From the IMG/VR virus record IMGVR_UViG_3300027852_000007: 59,576 bases of DNA. One strand, written 5' to 3'. Within the stretch, counting starts at the first letter, position 1. The number at the start of each line of letters is the position of its first letter. A program made the translations under genes and the position numbers. This document shows positions 54,848 to 59,576 of the stretch, in pieces. The DNA is from a virus. The notes under the pieces were generated by a model. It saw only the letters and a program-made list of their open reading frames with translations, searched no databases and was not told the origin of the DNA.

Positions 54848-55261
54848 TTATTCGCCGAAGTAGTGTTGTTGTGCGTAAATTGTGAGTGCTGCCTTGTCAT
54901 CGCTAGTCAAGTCGACTAAATCAGTCCATGGTGTAAACCAGTCCTGATATTGTATGCGTGCGTCAGATGCTTGGTTGTGTTCGTCCAGGTCGCCAACGAT
55001 GCGAACTGCCGGGCCACCTGTACATAGCAGGATCTCGTACTCTGCTGCCTCGCTACTTCCGCCGGGCGGGTACCAGCCTGAGCGCACTTGAACTGATAAT
55101 GCGTTCTCGTTGATGCGCTGTAGTGCTGCGTCGTGCTCATCATCGCCGTGTGCGTTGTGCATGTCTTCCACCATCTCGACAATGCTGTCGAGTTGTGCGC
55201 GGGCTTGTTCGAGTGCTTGCTCGAGTGCTTGCTTGTTGTCGCTTTCGTTCGTTTTAGTCAT
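54848..55261 (-). CDS. acidic hypothetical early protein
   Basis: 137 aa, preceded by TGGAGCACTAGGCATG. Contains SGWYPPGG...EYEILLCTGGPAVRIVGDLDE...QDWFTPW. Confidence 0.55.
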   Translation of the reverse strand: MTKTNESDNKQALEQALEQARAQLDSIVEMVEDMHNAHGDDEHDAALQRINENALSVQVRSGWYPPGGSSEAAEYEILLCTGGPAVRIVGDLDEHNQASDARIQYQDWFTPWTDLVDLTSDDKAALTIYAQQHYFGE

Positions 55262-55305
55262 GCCTAGTGCTCCAGGGTTGCAACGTTTGAGTGGTCATTA
55301 TACAC

Positions 55306-55340
55306 CAATACTATCAATACTATCAATACTATCAATACTT
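55306..55340. repeat. 9-bp x4 tandem repeat (caatactat), each unit carrying an AATAC half-site
   Basis: Read directly. Immediately upstream (in the minus sense) of the gene starting at 55261. Confidence 0.85.
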
Positions 55341-55383
55341 TATTTTTAATAAATCGGGCACCAGGCCGGCCCTTTTCGACAGT

Positions 55384-55855
55384 TTGTAACTGAAAATGGC
55401 AATTTGTAACTAAACTCCACCAAGTTCAGTTACACTTAAGTTGTTGATTTATAAGGATAAAATAAATTATGTAACTGTTGTAACTGTCTTGTAACTGACT
55501 TTGGTTACACGCCAAGTCATTGATTTATAAGGATAAATTTGTAAATTTGGTTAGGTTTTTTACTGTAACTGACTTTATTCCACGGTGTACAGATTTATAT
55601 AATATATATAATAAGCACGTAATATATTATGTGTATAGCTGGCTGGTGGAAGAAAGTCAGTTACAACAGTTACAGCGCTATTTTTTGCTGATTTTCTTAA
55701 TAAAATCAATGACTTACGGTGTAACTAAACTTGGTTACACGTCAGTTACAACAGTTACAAAAAATAAAATATGTATATAAATCAGAGGGTTAAGTGTAAC
55801 TGAACTCAGTTACACTCAGTTACACTCAGTTACACTCAGTTACACTCAGTTACAC
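55384..55855. other. Iteron-dense, AT-rich origin-of-replication-like region
   Basis: About 20 copies of a GTTAC(A)/(T)GTAAC core in both orientations, including tcagttacac x5 in tandem (55806-55855), cagttacaacagttaca x2 and tgtaactg x3. There is also a roughly 50-bp AT-only stretch (55591-55640) and an 18-bp direct repeat ttgatttataaggataaa (55444-55461 and 55520-55537). Confidence 0.6.
55806..55855. repeat. 10-bp x5 perfect tandem iterons (tcagttacac)
   Basis: Read directly. Confidence 0.95.
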
Positions 55856-55924
55856 TCGAGGGAGAAAGGCGTGGGGACTGTGGGAGGTGGCCAGCCCTTG
55901 GAGAGCTGACCAGGCCAGGTGGTG

Positions 55925-56350
55925 TTAGTGACTGTCAAATACGTGGTACTTGCCGAGTTCCAGCTCTTCACTGTCGTAACTGTTGAAGTGATTCCCGTAT
56001 CCGTCTGAGCTGCTATAAATCTCTGCCAGCGTTTCTATGTGTTCTTTTGTCATCGCTTCGCCTATCTTCTCGTATGCTTCGCCTGCTTGCGCCGCTTCAA
56101 TGATTTCGAGCGGCCAGTCTGTTGCGTCAGCGATTGCCCAAGCAGTGAAGCAGCCCAGCGTGTAGGCATCGCTCCCGATCTCTTCAGCTAGTACGCTGTC
56201 GATTACGTCGGCGTGGATGAAGCGCACATTGTCGATGGTGAAGTCCTGCTCATCACCACTGACGGCCTCGTACACTTCCTCATAATCTGGTGTGCTAAAT
56301 AAATTGTTGCAAAATTCTTTTACTTGCGCGATAGTATGTGCTTTTGACAT
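55925..56350 (-). CDS. strongly acidic first gene of the leftward early operon (141 aa)
   Basis: ATG 56350 is preceded by TGGAGCAGCACATAATG. I count about 30 D/E against 6 K/R. The C-terminus ...GKYHVFDSH faintly recalls ArdA-type endings. Confidence 0.55.
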   Translation of the reverse strand: MSKAHTIAQVKEFCNNLFSTPDYEEVYEAVSGDEQDFTIDNVRFIHADVIDSVLAEEIGSDAYTLGCFTAWAIADATDWPLEIIEAAQAGEAYEKIGEAMTKEHIETLAEIYSSSDGYGNHFNSYDSEELELGKYHVFDSH

Positions 56351-56750
56351 TATGTGCTGCTCCAGGTTTTGTTCCGAGTGACCATTATCCCAAACCCCGG
56401 CGGAGAATTGAAGCAGATATGTGTTGTATGTATAGTATGTGTTGGAATTTAAGACCAACGGTGTACTGAGGGTATGTTGAAAGGTAGGGATACTCTACGT
56501 TTGAGGGGTTTTTATGGCCAGAGTGAGGTATCAGAATACAAGCGTTAAGGCGATAGTCCGGGCTGTTGATGGCGGAACTAGGGAATATACAAGCTACCCA
56601 TTCAGCGGTAGGCGCTTTACTGTAAGGGATAGGCCGGGCAGACCAGGCGGCGATGCTGGCAGGCAGTACAGCGGGCCGGGGAGTAAGCCTGAGCGGGGAT
56701 AGGCAAGGCTGGGGCTGCGTGTTCCCGAAAGCCAGAAGCAAAAGCAAGGT

Positions 56751-56858
56751 CAAGAGCAAGAGCATTTAATGCCTGACGGCTTGCGCCGTCTCTGTTCATA
56801 CAAGCAAGAGCAAGAGCATTTAATGCCTGACGGCTTGCGCCGTCTCTGTTCATACAAG
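56751..56858. repeat. 54-bp x2 perfect tandem repeat, each unit with a gacggc-ttgc-gccgtc hairpin and a gcatt-t-aatgc inverted repeat
   Basis: caagagcaagagcatttaatgcctgacggcttgcgccgtctctgttcatacaag occurs at 56751-56804 and 56805-56858. Confidence 0.9.
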
Positions 56859-56872
56859 CAAGGTCAAGAGCA

Positions 56873-56973
56873 AAGCCCCCGCCTTCTTTTTAGGTACCAT
56901 ATTTCAGTTTTCAAATGTAGTCACATGTTTTCTGGTCGGTTTTCACTTCGTCAGGTAAAGAAGGCGGGGGCTT
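56873..56973. repeat. 17-bp perfect inverted repeat separated by 67 nt
   Basis: aagcccccgccttcttt (56873-56889) and aaagaaggcgggggctt (56957-56973). Confidence 0.9.
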
Positions 56974-56993
56974 GGGTCTCTATATATACACCA

Positions 56994-57134
56994 CTTAATC
57001 GGTCACACTCCTTTGAACTGAGAAGTTATCCCCTTCAATACTTAATCAGTCACACTCCTTTGAACTGAGAAGTTATCCCCTTCAACACTTAATCAGTCAC
57101 GCTCCTTTGAACTGAGAAGTTATTCCCTTTCTGC
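56994..57134. repeat. 47-bp x3 tandem direct repeats about 140 nt upstream of the TerS-like gene
   Basis: cttaatc(g/a)gtcac(a/g)ctcctttgaactgagaagttat(c/t)ccc... starts at 56994, 57041 and 57088. Each unit has TCAGT-N13-ACTGA. Confidence 0.9.
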
Positions 57135-57180
57135 GCCATAACCATCAGTTATACCAAGAAACCGTATAGCGGTATTGATA

Positions 57181-57192
57181 AATACAAGTATT
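57181..57192. promoter_or_regulatory. AATACAAGTATT palindromic site, preceded by TTGATA, upstream of the TerS-like gene
   Basis: Perfect 12-mer. TTGATA, an 18-nt spacer and TACGAT would place the site inside a promoter spacer. Confidence 0.55.
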
Positions 57193-57274
57193 GACCAATA
57201 CGATGATTGGTGGCAGCCTTCGACGTAATCTGAAAAAAATTTGAAAAAAATTTCTGTCTGAGGAAACCCCTTCT

Positions 57275-58222
57275 ATGCCGCGCTCCAACCATCACGGGCC
57301 AAAAGCCTCTGACCCTATCGCCGATCTCTTTCTTGATGCCAACGCTCTGGTGGATGAGAACCATGAGGAAATTATCCGACAAAGGATGCCGGAGAAGGGC
57401 AACACGCTGAAGCCGATGGTGGTGGATACCAGCAATATGTCGCAGATCGAGTGGGTACCGGAGGAGGAGCTTGAGGCTATGGCGGCGGATTATGTCGAGC
57501 GAATCAATCAGTGCCATGCCCGTAAGCAGTATGACGAGGCCGTGGAACTAGTAATCAAGATGATGGGTGAAGGCATACATTTCGCAAAGATTAAGGCGCG
57601 CATCCCCGAAGTGGAGTTGATTATCAGACTGCGAAGAACCAGGGATGAGAACTTCGGTAGACGTATGAGCATGGTGCGCACCCGCTGTTCGGCCATCGTC
57701 TATCGTCGCAAGAACTTAGCCCAGTCGAGGACTGTCAAGAATGTCACAGGTCAGCATATCCATTATGGGATGGTCTTATATGATCAGACCATCGCCGATA
57801 TTATTTGCTACTCGGTGGTTGAGGGGGAGCTGGTGTCGAAGGTGATTGAGGGTCTGGGCATGAGTCGTAAGGCACTCGATAACTGGGTGACTCATGTCCC
57901 CGCTTTTGCCGACCAACTGGCCACCGCGAGGAAGACCGCAGCCGACGCTCATGTCGATCACGCTTTTGAGATTATTGACAACGCAGATGTGGATTCAAAA
58001 GCGGGTGTTTTGAAGGCCAAAATTCAGAGCGAATTACGCATGAAATATGCGGCCCTCGTTCACCGTGCAAGATACGGTGATAATCGCCACCTCACAGTCA
58101 GTGGAAAAGTCGATCACGTCGCTGTCCTCAATAATGCGAGGAAGAACGTGGAATCGAAGCGTGAGGCACTTATTAGCAAGATTGACGGCGAGGTGGTACC
58201 TATGCCGCCCCTTGGTGACTAA
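57275..58222 (+). CDS. terminase small subunit-like protein (HTH) with an N-terminal extension
   Basis: IADIICYSVVEGELVSKVIEGLGMSRKALDNWVTHVPAFADQLATARKTAADAHVDHAFEIIDN...SELRMKYAALVHRARYGD follows the common TerS layout: HTH, helical core, then the ...kYGD motif. Confidence 0.45.
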   Translation: MPRSNHHGPKASDPIADLFLDANALVDENHEEIIRQRMPEKGNTLKPMVVDTSNMSQIEWVPEEELEAMAADYVERINQCHARKQYDEAVELVIKMMGEGIHFAKIKARIPEVELIIRLRRTRDENFGRRMSMVRTRCSAIVYRRKNLAQSRTVKNVTGQHIHYGMVLYDQTIADIICYSVVEGELVSKVIEGLGMSRKALDNWVTHVPAFADQLATARKTAADAHVDHAFEIIDNADVDSKAGVLKAKIQSELRMKYAALVHRARYGDNRHLTVSGKVDHVAVLNNARKNVESKREALISKIDGEVVPMPPLGD

Positions 58223-58300
58223 CGTCCAGTCAGCAAGTCGCTCAGGCTGTTTAAACCCTATCTACAAGCACGCTTATTGCTCATATTAGTTAATTATTAC

Positions 58301-58439
58301 TGTTTGAGTAATGGTGCTCGGCAAAATACAAATTCGGTGGTCAGTCGGGAGCGCAGCGACCACGCGAAGCGCTGTCCACAATTTGTCTTTTGTCGAGTGC
58401 CTGACAACCGAGCGTAGCGGAGGGCGTCAGTCGAGGGCA
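58301..58439 (+). ncRNA. Conserved 139-nt GC-rich element, copy B (candidate structured RNA or origin element; sense orientation matches RepL-like B)
   Basis: Aligns without gaps to the reverse complement of 37645-37783 (120/139). A 10-bp stem, ggtgctcggc (58313-58322) with gtcgagtgcc (58392-58401), is kept in copy A through compensatory changes. Confidence 0.5.
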
Positions 58440-58541
58440 CTAGCCCCTGGAAAACACACAAAAAAGTAACACAAATAGAATCATAGAATAGGAACTTCAT
58501 AAAATCGCCGGTAGGTGTTTGATTCCTATTACTTTGTATGT

Positions 58542-58603
58542 TTTTTGTACATGCCATAGCTGGTGACACTATGGCATGACACCAGCTATGGCATGTACAA
58601 AAA
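58542..58603. promoter_or_regulatory. Perfect 24-bp-arm palindrome (14-nt spacer) upstream of RepL-like B, with extra CTATGGCAT-type sites nearby
   Basis: tttttgtacatgccatagctggtg-acactatggcatga-caccagctatggcatgtacaaaaa. Further atggcatag and gtgccat sites lie at 58651-58680. Confidence 0.75.
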
Positions 58604-58739
58604 GTAACCAGTTGTGAAATTTCAGTAAAATTTGCAACAGCATAATCCTCATGGCATAGTTCGTGCCATCCTGCTATGGTCATTCATCGCAATGTCGAGC
58701 AAAACGTTGTTAATTTGGGGTAAAATAGGGTTTTAGCGA

Positions 58740-59351
58740 ATGGAAAATAAAAATAAAAATAAAACGCATGAACTTGAACAGCAGGTCAATCATCTTAGGG
58801 AATTGCTGAATGATGAGAGAGAACAAAACAGAGCAACCAAAAACAAAGTAAACGGCGGATATTACATGACCAGTCGAAAGGCGGAAAAAAGCTTGAGGAT
58901 CTTACAGCAGGAAAGCCCTGTTGGAAGTCTTGTTTTCAGTGTGCTTCGAGAACATATGAAGATCGGTACCAACGCGGTGACAATATCAAGTCCTACACTG
59001 GCAAAAATATTGAACAAATCACTACGCACCATTGCTCGGGCCATCAAACACTTGCTCGACAATTGTTATGTTCAAATCATCAAAACCGGCAACACAAACA
59101 CTTACGTGATCAACGAACAAATTTCTTTTGCGGGTACAGCAGGACAGAGGAAGGCAGTTTTTTCTGCAACCATTGTTGCCCATGAAGATGAGCAGGAGGA
59201 GGGGTGGGAAAAGGTAAAAACACTAAAGACCACAACTTCACCGATTGACCGCAGAGCATCAGATAATCGTGCACAAGCGAGGAACATGAATCGAAAGCAC
59301 TCTGCTGATGACACAAAGCATGACACCCTGTGGCACGCTACCACGCCATGA
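58740..59351 (+). CDS. RepL-like winged-helix protein, copy B (replication initiator or regulator candidate)
   Basis: ...VGSLVFSVLREHMKIGTNAVTISSPTLAKILNKSLRTIARAIKHLLDNCYVQIIKTGNTNTYVINEQISFAG fits the RepL pattern. AT-rich gene. Confidence 0.5.
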   Translation: MENKNKNKTHELEQQVNHLRELLNDEREQNRATKNKVNGGYYMTSRKAEKSLRILQQESPVGSLVFSVLREHMKIGTNAVTISSPTLAKILNKSLRTIARAIKHLLDNCYVQIIKTGNTNTYVINEQISFAGTAGQRKAVFSATIVAHEDEQEEGWEKVKTLKTTTSPIDRRASDNRAQARNMNRKHSADDTKHDTLWHATTP

Positions 59352-59391
59352 GGACTAAATATCACCACCAAAGGCAGGAATGATACTTTCC

Positions 59392-59576
59392 ATGACCATC
59401 ACCTTTGACGAGCAGGGAACCCCTGTTGTCGTCACTGAGCGGGGCGTTGACAGGCCTTACGACTTCAGTTTCAAAACCATTAACGCTTTCGTCAACAGGC
59501 CTGGGGTACAGTTCGAGGAGCTGGAGGCCTTGTGTCTGGCCATGGCGGATTCGATGGAAAAGTTGGGCAGAAACGA
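59392..59576 (+). CDS. 5' part of the junction-spanning hypothetical ORF (continues at 128-191 after circular closure)
   Basis: ATG 59392, MTITFDEQGTPVVVTERGVDRPYDFSFKTINAFVNRPGVQFEELEALCLAMADSMEKLGRN... The frame is open to the window end and continuous with 3-191. Confidence 0.45.
   Translation, partial: MTITFDEQGTPVVVTERGVDRPYDFSFKTINAFVNRPGVQFEELEALCLAMADSMEKLGRN
59450..59576. repeat. Terminal direct repeat, copy 2 (identical to 1-127)
   Basis: Same 127-nt string as the window start. Unique genome length is therefore 59,449 bp. Confidence 0.95.

Noticed and set aside
55520-55780. 86-aa + ORF inside the iteron region
   Set aside because: It has an AT-rich, Tyr/Ile/Phe/Lys-biased translation across the iterons and the AT tract, and no RBS. 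The region is better explained as non-coding origin or promoter DNA.
55806-55855. Possible CRISPR array (regular 10-bp repeats)
   Set aside because: The units are directly adjacent with no spacers and are only 10 bp long, and there are no cas genes. This is an iteron array, not CRISPR.
56385-57068. ORFs of 126, 78 and 99 aa across the 54-bp and 47-bp repeat arrays
   Set aside because: Their sequences are generated by the tandem repeats (for example MLLLLTLLLLL and duplicated peptide blocks), and there is no RBS. I treat them as non-coding repeats.
58370-58380. TGTCCACAA inside both copies of the conserved element as a DnaA box
   Set aside because: It matches only 7/9 of TTATCCACA and is a single site per copy, which is not enough to call a DnaA-dependent origin.
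58297-58683. 128-aa minus ORF between the TerS-like and RepL-like B genes (and ORFs 37553-37801 + and 37565-38029 - at the other module)
   Set aside because: They run through the conserved 139-nt element and the perfect palindromes. The two copies of the element would be read in non-equivalent frames, and their differences do not follow a codon pattern.

Overview
The window looks like one complete tailed dsDNA phage genome. Nt 1-127 are identical to nt 59450-59576, so the contig closes into a circle (or is terminally redundant) with 59,449 bp of unique sequence. There are three blocks. (1) A long + strand block runs from about 57.3 kb through the junction to 36.7 kb. It carries a TerS-like gene, TerL, portal, scaffold, HK97-like capsid, T7-like adaptor and nozzle candidates, Gly-rich internal virion proteins and a 1096-aa ejection-type protein. 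It also has an unusually rich set of fibre or receptor-binding candidates: an RCC1-type propeller, a Kelch-type propeller, a beta-helix protein, a DUF4214 protein and two fibres. (2) A mostly minus-strand replication module (38.8-50.7 kb) carries DUF2800 nuclease, DUF2815 SSB, family-B DNA polymerase, VRR-NUC, SNF2 helicase and primase-polymerase/SF3 helicase. A + strand ParF-like/RHH partition cassette interrupts it. (3) A leftward early operon of small unknown genes (50.7-56.35 kb) contains an AT-rich, iteron-dense origin-like region (55.3-55.9 kb). I recognise no integrase, phage RNA polymerase, tRNA, CRISPR array or clear endolysin. The strongest unexplained signals follow. (a) Two paralogous RepL-like winged-helix genes lie in inverted orientation. 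Each has the same upstream architecture: a 139-nt GC-rich element (86% identical between copies, with base changes that preserve a stem) followed by a large perfect palindrome specific to that copy. (b) The partition cassette, the RepL-like genes and the lack of an integrase together suggest a plasmid-prophage lifestyle for a podovirus-like virion. (c) A 12-bp palindromic motif, AATAC-WW-GTATT, occurs at four intergenic control points. (d) Two small-gene cassettes are flanked by direct repeats; one carries a near-consensus promoter with a GTTAC palindrome matching the origin iterons. (e) A DUF2829 (Tad2-family) gene and a pyrophosphatase-like domain sit inside the virion-protein block. All functional calls come from reading motifs by eye. 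No database search was run.
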